Assembly: GCA_035652835.1 (NCBI GenBank)
Contig: DASRDA010000003.1
Span: 32,076 to 96,075, forward strand
Source: Gaiellaceae bacterium
GTDB lineage: Bacteria; Actinomycetota; Thermoleophilia; Gaiellales; Gaiellaceae
Length of the DNA stretch: 64,000 nucleotides
Reading direction: 5' to 3'
A program made the position numbers and the translations under genes. The notes beneath the pieces are model-generated. The model was not told where the DNA came from. It worked only from the letters and a program-made list of their open reading frames with translations, and searched no databases. Below are positions 1-9,730 of this stretch, piece after piece; within the stretch, counting starts at the first letter, position 1, and each line of letters begins with the position of its first letter.

Positions 1-2679
1 CAGCAGCGCGACGGCGGCCGTTCCGGCGAGCGTCAGCAACGCTCCGCGCGCGAGCGGGTCGTCGCGGAGCAGGGCGAGCGTCGCTGCGCGGGACGTGACG
101 GTGAGCTGCGTGAACGGCGGCCGGGCGAGCCGCGCCGCGGCCGCCGCCTCCCTGCTCGCGGGGACGTCCACCCACAGCTCGTCGGTGAGGCCGAGGCCGG
201 GCGAGCGCGTGTCGAGCAGCGTCGACGCGGTCTGCCGGTCGGCGACGACCGCGTCGCCGACGATCGACGGGAACCGCCGCACCACGCCGACCACGCGCGC
301 CGTCACCTGCTCGCCCTCCACCTGCACGGGCAGGAGCCCGCGCGGCCCGGCCTCGGCCGCGAGCGCCGGCGTCGCGAGCACGGGCAGCGCCTGTCCGTCG
401 GTCGGCTGCGCGGGGCGGTAGACGGCGGTGCGGTCGGGCGTGATCAGGTAGCCGAGCCGCGCGGGCCTGCCGCCGACGCCGCCCGTGCCGACCCAGCCTG
501 CGAGCCCGCGCCCGGCGGGGACGCCGTTCACGCGCGGCACGCCCAGCGTCAGCGTTCCGCGCGCGCTCGGCTGCAGGCCGATGCCGCCGTTCGCGGCGGC
601 GTGGAGGTTCCCGAGGAGGGTCAACTGCAGCTGGGCGAGGGTCGCGTGGCGGAAAGGCACGCGTCCGTGGAGGACGAAGCGGCGCGCGCCGTGCGTGTGG
701 CCGAGCGACACGGGCTGGTAGTCGCCGAGCGGCCCGCGGAAGATCGCGATGACGCCCACGTCGTCGCCGCTCGTCGAGACGGGCAGCGTGAAGTTGCGCC
801 CGCGCGGCAGTGCGAGCGTCCGCAGCCGCTCGTCCGTCCGCGGCTCGAGGCGCGACGCGAGCGCGGCGCGCGAGCTCGACGCGAAGTCGGACCGCCAGCC
901 GCCGACGTGCGCGACGGCGGGCGCCGGCACGCCGAGCAAGGTGAAGGGCGCGCCCGACGTCACGTTGCCCGAGAGCCGCAGGATCTGCGTCGGCGGCGCC
1001 GGGTCGTCGGCGGCGGGCGCGCCGTGGAGCACGGGGACGAGCTGGAGGAGGTCCTCCGTGAGCACGAACGACGCCGGCACGGCGTAGGCCGCCTCGTCCT
1101 GCTGGCCGCGCTCGAGCGTGGCGCGGTAGGCGACCGCGAAGAGGGCCAGCCCGAGGCTGGCGACCAGGAACGTGGCGGCGATCGCGGCGTGGCCGGGGCT
1201 CCGCGCGAGCGAGGCCGCCGCGAGGCGCAGCGGGACGGGCCCGCGGCGGCCCGCCCGCCCGAGCAGCCGGAGGGCCGGCGCGAGCAGGCGCGCCGCGGCG
1301 ACCGCCGCGGCGAAGACGACGAGCGCCGGCACGAGCAGCAGGAAGGCGCCCGTGCCGCCGCTCGCGAGCTGCCCGGTCCCGATCGAGCCGCGCGCCCAGC
1401 CGACGACGACGACCGCGACGGCGCCGAGCGCGGCGGCGTCGAGCGGCGTCACCGCGAGCCGGCCGAGCTGCATCGCCGGTGCGCGGACGGTCGCGTAGAG
1501 GAGCAGGCCCGCGGCGGCGGCGACGCAGATCGCCGCGACGATGCCGCTGCGGGCGAGCAGCGCGTGGGTCACCACCTGCCATGCGGGCGATCCCGCACGC
1601 GACGCGACCGCGGCCGCCGCGGCGCCGCCCGCCGTCCAGCCGACGACGGTCCCGAGCGACGCCAGCACGAGCGACTCCGCGAGCGTGAAGAGCTCCACCT
1701 GGAAGCGACGCGCGCCGAACCACACCAGGCGGCGCCGTGCGTCGGTCACGTAGCGCCGGAGCGACGCGGCGGCGAGGATCGTGAACGCGAGCAGGAGCGC
1801 GCCTCCCTCGCCGCCGAGCAGGAGCAGCCTGCGCGCGGCTGCGGTCGAGGCGCCGGCGGCGTCGGTGAGCTGCTGCGTCGGCGCCGTCACCTGGAACTGG
1901 TCGCCGTGCGCGAGCACGGCCGCGCTCAGGCTCTCGACGCGTCGCGTGAAGTCGGCGATCGACCAGGGGTGGACGTCGGCGTGCGCGAGCGGCACGAACC
2001 AGGCGTACGACCGGAAGAACGTCTGCAGCTCGGGCGTGCGCGACAGGCCGTCCACGCCGTTCGCGATCACGACCGGCGACGGCGGCGGCGTGTGGTAGTT
2101 GACGGCGCGCGCGACCTCCTGCGTCGGCGGCGCGGGCAGCACGAACGGCGCGAACGGCGTGTCCGGGCGCAGCACTGCGCGCCCGACCTGGATCAGGTGC
2201 AGGTAGCGCGTGGACGGGATCGGCCCCTTGCCCTCGAGCCGCAGCACCTCGCAGTGCGACGGCACGCACCGCCGCGGAAGCCGCCCGGAGAGGAGCGTCA
2301 CCCAGCGGCCGAGGTCGTCGGCTGCGCGCAGGTTGACGAGCCGCCCCTGCACCGACGCCTCGCGGAAGAGCATCGCCTTCGCGGGCTCCTCGTCCAGCGT
2401 TCGCCGCATCTCGGGCGTGACGACGCGGTCGAGCGCGCGCCACGTGCCCCCGTAGCCCCCGAACCAGGCCACCTCCACCACGCGGTCGCCGGGATCGAGC
2501 TGCGCCGTCGCCCGCACGAGCGCGCGGTCCTGCATCACGAGCCGACCCGCGAGCACCGCGGCGAGCACCGCCGCGCCGGCGACGACGCCCAGCGAGACGA
2601 GGACGAGCCGCTCCCCGCCGGCGGCGAGGCGCGCCCGGACGAGCGCGAACGGAAAGGCGAGCCGGCGGAGCGACGACAC
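1..2679 (-). CDS. ABC transporter permease, FtsX/MacB-like (start inside window, 3' end runs off the left edge)
   Basis: Absent from the ORF track because its stop lies left of position 1. Manual minus-strand translation from GTG at 2679 gives 893 uninterrupted codons (VSSLRRLAFPFALVRARLAAGGERLVLVSLGVVAGAAVLAAVLAG...) with several hydrophobic TM blocks and GC3-rich codons. The 881-aa plus-strand ORF 601..3246 is its antisense shadow over most of its length. Confidence 0.6.
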   Translation of the reverse strand, partial: MSSLRRLAFPFALVRARLAAGGERLVLVSLGVVAGAAVLAAVLAGRLVMQDRALVRATAQLDPGDRVVEVAWFGGYGGTWRALDRVVTPEMRRTLDEEPAKAMLFREASVQGRLVNLRAADDLGRWVTLLSGRLPRRCVPSHCEVLRLEGKGPIPSTRYLHLIQVGRAVLRPDTPFAPFVLPAPPTQEVARAVNYHTPPPSPVVIANGVDGLSRTPELQTFFRSYAWFVPLAHADVHPWSIADFTRRVESLSAAVLAHGDQFQVTAPTQQLTDAAGASTAAARRLLLLGGEGGALLLAFTILAAASLRRYVTDARRRLVWFGARRFQVELFTLAESLVLASLGTVVGWTAGGAAAAAVASRAGSPAWQVVTHALLARSGIVAAICVAAAAGLLLYATVRAPAMQLGRLAVTPLDAAALGAVAVVVVGWARGSIGTGQLASGGTGAFLLLVPALVVFAAAVAAARLLAPALRLLGRAGRRGPVPLRLAAASLARSPGHAAIAATFLVASLGLALFAVAYRATLERGQQDEAAYAVPASFVLTEDLLQLVPVLHGAPAADDPAPPTQILRLSGNVTSGAPFTLLGVPAPAVAHVGGWRSDFASSSRAALASRLEPRTDERLRTLALPRGRNFTLPVSTSGDDVGVIAIFRGPLGDYQPVSLGHTHGARRFVLHGRVPFRHATLAQLQLTLLGNLHAAANGGIGLQPSARGTLTLGVPRVNGVPAGRGLAGWVGTGGVGGRPARLGYLITPDRTAVYRPAQPTDGQALPVLATPALAAEAGPRGLLPVQVEGEQVTARVVGVVRRFPSIVGDAVVADRQTASTLLDTRSPGLGLTDELWVDVPASREAAAAARLARPPFTQLTVTSRAATLALLRDDPLARGALLTLAGTAAVALL

Positions 2680-2751
2680 CAGTGCTTGTACTCTACCGGT
2701 GTCGGACGCCGTTCGAGGTCGCCGGCCGCCGACAGCTTCCACGAGCACACG

Positions 2752-3246
2752 ATGCCGCGCTACGACGTCCCCAAGGCCGCGCCGGAGCCGCTCCGCCGGG
2801 TGCAGCTGCTCGTGAACAGCGCCGATCTCGAGAACGAGCGCGACTGGCTGCCGGACTGGCTGCGCGAGCGCGGCCTCGAGGGGCAGGAGGAGCGCGCGCT
2901 GTCGCTGCGCGAGGCGCTGCGCGCGCTGGTGCTCGCGAACAACGGCCGGCCCGTCGACGCGGCGGCCGTCGCCGTCCTGAATCGCGCCGCGGCGCGGCTC
3001 GAGGTCGGCCTCGACGCGGACGGGTCGCCGCGGCTTCGCGGCGCCGACCCGCTCGACGACGTGGTCGCCGTCGCGGTCGGCGCGATGCTCGACGGCAGCT
3101 GGCGCCGGCTGAAGGCCTGCCGCAACTGCCGCTGGTGCTTCTACGACTACTCGCCGAACCGCTCGGCGACCTGGTGCTCGATGCAGCTCTGCGGCAACCG
3201 CCGGAAGACGCGCGCCTACCGCAGCCGCCGCCGCTCGACTGCTTAG
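2752..3246 (+). CDS. CGNR zinc-finger domain protein (ABATE/CGNR family)
   Basis: ATG at 2752, in frame with ORF 601..3246. The C-terminus CRNCRWCFYDYSPNRSATWCSMQLCGNRRKTRAYR is the CGNR Zn-finger signature. Only this last 164 aa of the track ORF looks protein-like. Confidence 0.8.
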   Translation: MPRYDVPKAAPEPLRRVQLLVNSADLENERDWLPDWLRERGLEGQEERALSLREALRALVLANNGRPVDAAAVAVLNRAAARLEVGLDADGSPRLRGADPLDDVVAVAVGAMLDGSWRRLKACRNCRWCFYDYSPNRSATWCSMQLCGNRRKTRAYRSRRRSTA

Positions 3247-3255
3247 TCTCCTCCG

Positions 3256-4344
3256 GTGCGCATCCGTGCCGCCGCCGCCGGGGTCGCGATGGCCGTGACG
3301 CCCGGGTGGAACGTCTCCAACGTCGGCGCCGTGGCGCAGCACGTCGCCCACTCGTACGGCGTCGGGCTCGCGGTCGTCGGGTTGTTCACGACGGCGCTCT
3401 TCGTGACGCACGCGGCGCTGCAGGTGCCCGCCGGCCGGCTCTCCGACCGGTTCGGGCCGCGGCTGGTCGGCGGAGTGGGGCTGGCCGTCGTCGCGGCCTC
3501 GTCGGCCGGCGCGCTCGCGTGGCGGCAGGCGTGGTTCGCGATCCTGCTCCGGCTCGTCGCGGGAGTCGGCACCGCCGGCGCGTTCGTCTCCGGCAGCGAG
3601 TACGTTCGCGGCACGATCGGGTCGGCGGTCGCGCAGGGCATCTACGGCGCGATGAGCATGGCGGGCGGCGGCCTGGCGCTCGCGCTCGTCCCGCTCTGGG
3701 GGACGTGGCGTGCGCCGTTCGCGACGGCCGCCGTCGTCGCTGCGGCGGGCGTGGTCGTCGTCGCGGCCGCTCCGGCGCTGGAACGCCCGCGCGGAGAGCG
3801 GCCGCCGCGCGCGCCGGTCCTCGACCGGCGGCTGCTGCCGCTCGGCGCGATGCACGCCGCCTCCTTCGGCCTGTCGGTGGTGATCGGCAACTGGGCCGTG
3901 ACGCTGCTCGAGCGTGAGGGCGGCGACTCGTCGGCCGTGGCCGGCGTCGTCGGCGGGCTGCTCCTGCTCCTCGGCGTCATCACGCGGCCGCTCGGCGGGC
4001 GCCTCGCGGGGAGGGGCGGCGCGCTCCGTGCGAGCCTCGTCGCGGGCGGCGTCGGCGTCGCGGTGCTCGCGGCGGCGCGGCCGCTCCCGCTCGCCGTCGC
4101 CGCCGCGGCGCTCGCCGGGCTCGCGGCGGGAATCCCCTTCGCCTCGGCGTTCGCGGGCGCCGCCCGCCTGCGCCCGGAGGCGCCGGGCGCGGCAGTCGGG
4201 CTCGTGAACATGGTCGCCGCGGTAACGATCCTGGTCGGCACTCCGCTCGTCGGGCTGACGTTCTCGCTGCCCGGCGACGGGAGGATCGGCTTCGGCGTGG
4301 TCGCCGTACTGTGGGCGGCGGCGGCGCTAGCCGTTCGCGGTTGA
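3256..4344 (+). CDS. MFS transporter
   Basis: 362 aa, about 10-12 hydrophobic helices, G/A/V/L-rich, with an MFS-like loop (GRLSDRFGPR). Confidence 0.8.
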   Translation: MRIRAAAAGVAMAVTPGWNVSNVGAVAQHVAHSYGVGLAVVGLFTTALFVTHAALQVPAGRLSDRFGPRLVGGVGLAVVAASSAGALAWRQAWFAILLRLVAGVGTAGAFVSGSEYVRGTIGSAVAQGIYGAMSMAGGGLALALVPLWGTWRAPFATAAVVAAAGVVVVAAAPALERPRGERPPRAPVLDRRLLPLGAMHAASFGLSVVIGNWAVTLLEREGGDSSAVAGVVGGLLLLLGVITRPLGGRLAGRGGALRASLVAGGVGVAVLAAARPLPLAVAAAALAGLAAGIPFASAFAGAARLRPEAPGAAVGLVNMVAAVTILVGTPLVGLTFSLPGDGRIGFGVVAVLWAAAALAVRG

Positions 4345-4378
4345 GCTGGCCGCGCCCCGCACCAGGAATCGCTCCTCC

Positions 4379-7057
4379 CTACGCGGAGACCGCGACCCCA
4401 GACGCTTTCGAGTGGGGAACCCGCCACCGGTGGGTTCCGGAGGCGACGTCGAACGGTGCTCGACCGTCGGGAAGCATGACCGTGGCGAAGGCGTTCGGCG
4501 GCACGACCGCGGTGATTTCGACCGTGTCCCCGCTGAGCGTCCATGCGACCTCGGCTGGGCCGTACGGGCCGTCGTGGCTTGCCCGAGCGTGGGTGAGGCC
4601 ACCTCCGGGACGCGGCGCGACCGCGATGCGACGGAAGCCGGGCTCCGCCGGTCCGAGGCCGGCCACTGTTCGATGGAGCCAGTCCGCAACCGCGCCCAGC
4701 GCGTAGTGATTGAAGGAGGTCATCTGGCCGGGGTTGACGGATCCGTCGGGCAGGAGGCTGTCCCACCGTTCCCAGATCGTCGTTGCCCCCATCGTGAGGG
4801 GGTAGAGCCACGACGGGCACTCCTGTTGAAGAAGTAGCCGGTACGCGTCTTCGGTTGCACCGATGCTGCAGAGCGCGTCGCAGATGAGCGGCGTGCCGAC
4901 GAAGCCCGTGCTGATCCGGAAGCCGTTTTCTCTGACCAGCTCGGTCAAGCGCTCGCCGGCTCGCTGCCGTGCCTGCCCGTCGACGAGTCGGAACGCGAGA
5001 GAAAGCGCATACGCGGTCGGCGAGTCACTGGTGAGGCGGCCCGTCGGAAGCACGTAGGCACTGCGGAAGGCCGTGACGATCTCCTCGTGCAGCCGCGAAT
5101 AGTCGAGGGCGTCGCCGTCGCGACCGAGAACGCGTGCCGTCTTCGCGAGCAACTCCGTCGATCGCGCGAAGTACGCGGTCGCCACGAGCGCGGGGTCGGT
5201 CCGTCCCTGGTCCGGCCGATCAGGCGGCGCGGTCGGGTCCAACCAGTCGCCGTACTGGAAACCGGTGTCCCAGAGCCTGGATGGACCGGCGATTCGCGTC
5301 ACGAGGTCGACCCAGGAGCGCATGCTCGGGTACTGGCGCTCGAGGATCCCGCGGTCTCCCGCGAGCTCGAAGATCCTCCATGGCACGATCACCGCGGCGT
5401 CGCCCCAGGCGGCGGCCGGCGCATCGTGGTCGTGCAGTCCTCGGCGGAGGCCGTCCAGGACTTCGGGCACGACGTTCGGGACCCGCCCGTCGGGGGCCTG
5501 CTCCGCGGCCAGGTCGGCGAGCCACGACCCGAGGAAGCCGGCGACGTCGTAGAGGAAGAGCGCGGTCGGCGAGAAGATCTGGACGTCGCCCGTCCAACCA
5601 AGGCGCTCGTCGCGCTGCGCGCAGTCGGTCGGCACGTCGAGGAAGTTGCCGCGCATGCTCCAGACGACGTTCTCGTGCAAGCGGTTGACCAGCGCGTTCG
5701 AGCACTCGAACGTACCGGTCCGAGCCAGGTCCGAGTGGCAGACCACGGCGACGACATCCCCGGAAGCGAGCTCGCCCGGCCACCCGTCGATCTCGGCGTA
5801 CCGAAAGCCGTGGAACGTGAAGCGCGGCTCCCACACCTCCTCACCGTCGCCGCGCAGGACGTAGCGGTCGGTTGCCGCCGCCTGGCGGAGAGGCCGGACG
5901 CAGAGCTCTCCGTTTTCGAGGATCTCGGCATGGCGGAGCGTGATCGTCCGGCCGCGCGAACCGTGCACGCGGAGGCGTAGGCGGCCGACGAGGTTCTGGC
6001 CGAAATCGAGCAGAAACGTCCCCGACGGGGAACGGCTCACCGATCGGGGCTCGACGAGCTCGATGCGGCGCACCGGGGGGCCCGAGGGCGGAATGAGCGT
6101 CGCCAGGTCCCGTTCGACCAGCTCGACCCCCTGCCAGTCCGTGTCGTCGAAGCCCGGCTCCGCCCACGCCCCCAGCTCCCTGCGAGCGTCGTAGGTCTCG
6201 CCGTCGTACAGGTCGGACGCCAGGATCGGCCCGGTCGCGGCGCGCCACGCGTCGTCGGTGCACACGGTGGTCGTCGTACCGTTCGGGTGGCGTATCTCGA
6301 GCTGGGCCAGCAGTGCGAGCCGGTTGCCATAGATGTTGCGCCGCCCGCCGTGCGGTCCGAGACGGCCGCGAAACCATCCATCTCCGAGGATCACGCCGAT
6401 TGCATTGCGACCGGGTCGGAGGCTGTCCGTGACGTCGATCGTCTGAACGCGCAAGCGGTGCGCATAGCTCGTCCATCCGGGAGCGAGGACGGCGCGGGTC
6501 ACCGGCGCCCCGTTGACGTACGGCTCGTAGACGCCGAGCGCAGTGATGTACAACCGCGCCTCTTCGATCTCCGCCGGCACGTCGAACTCGCAGCGCAGGT
6601 ACGGGCACGGCTGGGGGGTCGTCAGATCCTCTCGCCAGGCGGGGGCGACGAACCGGGCGGTCCAGTCGTTGGGCTCGAGGAGCGGCGCCTCGATGCGGAG
6701 CGGATCGCTCCAGGGCGACGGATCAGACTGACCATCCCACACGCGCACGCGGACCAAGGCGCGCTCGCGGGAGAGCAACGGCTCGAACGGCCAGTCGACC
6801 AGCACGGATTCGGAAGACGCGATCGTTCCCGTGGTCCGGGAGTCGCCTCCTCGCTCGACAGCGATCTCGTACGCGCGCTGGCGCCAGCCCGAAACCGACG
6901 TCGCGATCTTCCAGGAGAGCCTCGGCGCCGGCGAGGCGACGCCGAGGGCCTCGTCTCGCAGCTCCGCGCGCAGCGCGAAGACGGTTGCGGTCGAGCCCAC
7001 CCGCGCAGGCTCTGCCGTCCGGTCGTCGAGCGCTGCTGCATTCGAGCCACCCACCAC
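4379..7057 (-). CDS. alpha-L-rhamnosidase (glycoside hydrolase family 78)
   Basis: The 892-aa ORF shows typical bacterial rhamnosidase N-terminal, catalytic (alpha/alpha)6 and C-terminal regions (PRLSWK..., YITALGVYEPYVNG, DCAQRDERLGWTGD, ECPSWLYPLTMGATTIWERW). GTG start. Confidence 0.85.
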   Translation of the reverse strand: MVGGSNAAALDDRTAEPARVGSTATVFALRAELRDEALGVASPAPRLSWKIATSVSGWRQRAYEIAVERGGDSRTTGTIASSESVLVDWPFEPLLSRERALVRVRVWDGQSDPSPWSDPLRIEAPLLEPNDWTARFVAPAWREDLTTPQPCPYLRCEFDVPAEIEEARLYITALGVYEPYVNGAPVTRAVLAPGWTSYAHRLRVQTIDVTDSLRPGRNAIGVILGDGWFRGRLGPHGGRRNIYGNRLALLAQLEIRHPNGTTTTVCTDDAWRAATGPILASDLYDGETYDARRELGAWAEPGFDDTDWQGVELVERDLATLIPPSGPPVRRIELVEPRSVSRSPSGTFLLDFGQNLVGRLRLRVHGSRGRTITLRHAEILENGELCVRPLRQAAATDRYVLRGDGEEVWEPRFTFHGFRYAEIDGWPGELASGDVVAVVCHSDLARTGTFECSNALVNRLHENVVWSMRGNFLDVPTDCAQRDERLGWTGDVQIFSPTALFLYDVAGFLGSWLADLAAEQAPDGRVPNVVPEVLDGLRRGLHDHDAPAAAWGDAAVIVPWRIFELAGDRGILERQYPSMRSWVDLVTRIAGPSRLWDTGFQYGDWLDPTAPPDRPDQGRTDPALVATAYFARSTELLAKTARVLGRDGDALDYSRLHEEIVTAFRSAYVLPTGRLTSDSPTAYALSLAFRLVDGQARQRAGERLTELVRENGFRISTGFVGTPLICDALCSIGATEDAYRLLLQQECPSWLYPLTMGATTIWERWDSLLPDGSVNPGQMTSFNHYALGAVADWLHRTVAGLGPAEPGFRRIAVAPRPGGGLTHARASHDGPYGPAEVAWTLSGDTVEITAVVPPNAFATVMLPDGRAPFDVASGTHRWRVPHSKASGVAVSA

Positions 7058-7063
7058 TGCTGG

Positions 7064-7077
7064 TTGATACGTTTCAA
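7064..7077. promoter_or_regulatory. LacI-family operator candidate TTGATACGTTTCAA
   Basis: 14-bp palindrome with one mismatch and a central CG, 7 bp upstream of the rhamnosidase GTG and downstream of the lacI-type gene. It resembles the TGAAACGTTTCA-type LacI/RbsR operators. Confidence 0.45.
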
Positions 7078-7096
7078 TCAGCCCGCTGTCAAGCGC

Positions 7097-8107
7097 TCAT
7101 GCGCCAAGAGTCGAGGCGCGGGCAACCAGCTCCGGCTCGAGCAGGACGTTCCGGTGCTCGTGGTTCGGGCTGGTGGCCTCCTCGATGAGGAGCCTCGCCG
7201 CCTGGTATCCGAGCTCGTACGCAGGGTTTCGCACAGACGTCAGCGGAACCAGAGACGTCGCCGCGAAGCGAATGTCGTCGTATCCCACGATCGCGAGGTC
7301 GTGCGGGATCGAGACTCCCTCGGACAACGCCGCGAGCTCGGCGCCGATCGCCATCAGGTCGTTGCCGCAAAAAACGGCCGTCGGGACGCGACGAAGGCTC
7401 AGGAGGCGGTGCATGGCTTCCTCGCCCGCCTCGATCGTCATTGCCTCCATCTCGATCTCGTGCTCGGCTCGAACCTGCACCCCGCGGGCTTCGAGCGTGT
7501 CGAGAAGGCCCTCGCGGCGCTCGGCGCACGGCTTCAGCCGGCGAGGGCCGTTCACCAGGCCGATCCGCTTGTGACCGAGGTCGAGCAGATGTCGCGCGAC
7601 CTGCTGCCCTCCACTCGTGTCGTCGACGGCGACGCTGCACTGGTCCGCGCGCTTGCGGTGACGGTCGAGGAGGACGACGGGGACGCCGTGGCTGCGGATC
7701 TCTTTCAGCCGCCGAGGCGGTGCGCTCGTGGCGGGCGAGATGAGGATGCCGGCGACCCGCTGTTCTTCGAGGAGGCGCAGCGCTTCGTCCTCCCGTGCCG
7801 CGGCGGTCCCGGAGCTCGCCAGCACGACGAGATGGTCGGCTTCGGCGGCGGCGCGCTCCACCCCGCGCGCGACCTCGGTGAAGAACGGGTTGTCGAAGTC
7901 GAGGACGACAAGGGCGATCGACGCGTTTCTTATCCCTCGCAGCTGCCGCGCGGCGTTGTTGCGGACGAAGCCGAGCTCCTCGATCGCCGCCAGGACCCGT
8001 CTTCGGGTCGGCTCGGCGACAAGCTCTGGTCGGTTGAGGACGTTCGAGACCGTGCCGAGTGAGACGGCGGCATGCTCGGCGACGTGTTTGATCGTCAACC
8101 TCGCCAT
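7097..8107 (-). CDS. LacI family transcriptional regulator
   Basis: N-terminal HTH MARLTIKHVAEHAAVSLGTVSNVLN followed by a periplasmic-binding-protein-like sugar-binding core. Start set at the internal ATG 8107 rather than the track start 8179. Confidence 0.9.
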   Translation of the reverse strand: MARLTIKHVAEHAAVSLGTVSNVLNRPELVAEPTRRRVLAAIEELGFVRNNAARQLRGIRNASIALVVLDFDNPFFTEVARGVERAAAEADHLVVLASSGTAAAREDEALRLLEEQRVAGILISPATSAPPRRLKEIRSHGVPVVLLDRHRKRADQCSVAVDDTSGGQQVARHLLDLGHKRIGLVNGPRRLKPCAERREGLLDTLEARGVQVRAEHEIEMEAMTIEAGEEAMHRLLSLRRVPTAVFCGNDLMAIGAELAALSEGVSIPHDLAIVGYDDIRFAATSLVPLTSVRNPAYELGYQAARLLIEEATSPNHEHRNVLLEPELVARASTLGA

Positions 8108-8195
8108 CGCTCGCACACTAACCGTCGTTCCGGTGAGTTCGTACGGCTGCGCGGAGCGGCTTGACAGTCGCAGCGGCACCTAGTAGACCTCGCAC

Positions 8196-8207
8196 TGAAA
8201 CGTTCCA
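8196..8207. promoter_or_regulatory. LacI-family operator candidate TGAAACGTTCCA
   Basis: 12-bp near-palindrome in the 191-bp divergent region between the LacI gene and the ABC substrate-binding gene. TTGACA at 8161..8166 lies upstream as a possible -35. Confidence 0.45.
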
Positions 8208-8298
8208 ATCGTCGCGGTAGGTGCCCCAGGCCGACCCGCGACCCACCGCTTCGGCGATGTCCGCGGACGGACGTCCGTCTTACGACGAAGGAGACGAC

Positions 8299-9636
8299 AT
8301 GGCAGCACGCAAGCAAGGAGGGGTCGCGACGAGGGAACGGCCGGCTGGTCGTTTCGTGGCCGCAGCCGTGGCGGCGGCAGGGGTGCTTCTGGCAGCCGTT
8401 TTCGCCGCCGGAGCGTCGGCCACCGCCGGTACGGCGACGAAGAGCCCAGCCGCGCACATCGACTACCTGTCCGTCGACCAAAACACGGTGTGGGCGCCGC
8501 TGCTCAACGCGATGACGAACAAGTACAAGAGGATCGCTCCAGGTTCGTCGTTCAAGGACTCGACGATCCCGCAGCAGGACCTGAACCAGCGAATCCAGCT
8601 GCTCGCGAGTCAGAACGCGCTTCCGCTGCTCTACAACACGCCGGCGAACGATCTGCTCTTTCAGATGGCGAAGAGGGGCGAGGTCGTCGACGTGGCCAAG
8701 GAGTTCAAGAAGCTCGGCGTGAGCAAGGATCTGGTTCCGGCGGCCGCTGCGATCCTCAAGCAGATCTACAGCGGCAGGGTGCTCTCGCTTCCGCTCGAGT
8801 TCAACATCGAGGGGGTCTGGTACAACAAGAAGATCTTCGCCCAGAACGGCATCACGGTGCCGAAGACGTGGGATCAGCTCGTCGCAGACGCGGCGAAGCT
8901 GCAGGCGAAGGGGATCCAACCGTTCGCGGCCTCGGGCATCCAGGGCTGGCCGATCACCCGGCTGGTCGGGAACCTGATCTTCAGCAAGCTCGGTGCAGAC
9001 GCGCTCGAGAAGATCCAAACCGGCAAGGCGAAGCTGACGGACCCGCAGTACGTATGGGCCGCGCAGCAAGTGGCCGACCTCGGCAAGAAGGGGTACTTCG
9101 GCCAGGGTGTCGCCTCGCTCGACTACGGGCCCGCCGAGGACGTCTTCCTGCAGGGCAAGGCGGCGATGTTCTACATGGGGAGCTGGGCGCTCGCGGACTT
9201 CAACGACCCGACGAAGAACAAGCTCGGTGTCGCGAGCATCGGGTTCTTCCCCTTCCCCGGCGTGAGCGGCGGCAAGGGGCCGTCGGCGCTCGTACCGATG
9301 AATGCCGGGCAGCCGACCTCGATCAATCCGAAGAAGCTCACGCCGGCGAACGAGCTCTGGCTGAAGTACATCGCCCAGCATTACGGAGACGAGGCGATGC
9401 GCCAGAAGGGACAGGTCACGGGCTTCGTCGTCCACAAGTTCCCGGCGAAGCTGTCGCCGCTGACGAAGCTGGTCGTGCACCAGCTGGCGGTGACGAAGAA
9501 CCCGGTCCTGTGGTTCGAGGCGCTCTTCAGCGCGAAGGCGACGACGGTGTCGCAGCAGGATGCGGCGCCGCTCGTCACGGGCCAGATGAGCCCGCAGAGC
9601 TTCATGAGCGCCGTTCAGCAGGCGGTTTCGGGGTAG
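8299..9636 (+). CDS. sugar ABC transporter substrate-binding protein (family 1 extracellular solute-binding)
   Basis: ATG 8299 is preceded by GAAGGAG. It has a signal-like segment (FVAAAVAAAGVLLAAVFAAGASA) and a typical SBP_bac_1-like body. The track ORF starts earlier, at 8221. Confidence 0.85.
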   Translation: MAARKQGGVATRERPAGRFVAAAVAAAGVLLAAVFAAGASATAGTATKSPAAHIDYLSVDQNTVWAPLLNAMTNKYKRIAPGSSFKDSTIPQQDLNQRIQLLASQNALPLLYNTPANDLLFQMAKRGEVVDVAKEFKKLGVSKDLVPAAAAILKQIYSGRVLSLPLEFNIEGVWYNKKIFAQNGITVPKTWDQLVADAAKLQAKGIQPFAASGIQGWPITRLVGNLIFSKLGADALEKIQTGKAKLTDPQYVWAAQQVADLGKKGYFGQGVASLDYGPAEDVFLQGKAAMFYMGSWALADFNDPTKNKLGVASIGFFPFPGVSGGKGPSALVPMNAGQPTSINPKKLTPANELWLKYIAQHYGDEAMRQKGQVTGFVVHKFPAKLSPLTKLVVHQLAVTKNPVLWFEALFSAKATTVSQQDAAPLVTGQMSPQSFMSAVQQAVSG

Positions 9637-9656
9637 CCCATCCCCCGGATGCCGCG

Positions 9657-9691
9657 CCGGGTGCGGGCGTGTGACGCGCGTCCGCACCCGG
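9657..9691 (+). other. intercistronic GC-rich hairpin after the substrate-binding gene
   Basis: CCGGGTGCGG-N15-CCGCACCCGG, a 10-bp stem, lies 21 nt after the SBP stop and 40 nt before the first permease gene. No U-tract. Confidence 0.4.
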
Positions 9692-9730
9692 GCGCGTCGC
9701 ATCCCGGCGTAGAGTCGGAACCGAGCACCG

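Noticed and set aside
601-2751. N-terminal 717 aa of the 881-aa plus-strand ORF 601..3246
   Set aside because: The composition is extreme in R/E/A/G/D (RRRR runs) with no domain-like motifs. It is the antisense shadow of the minus-strand FtsX-like permease, whose translation is protein-like. Only the CGNR part from 2752 was kept.
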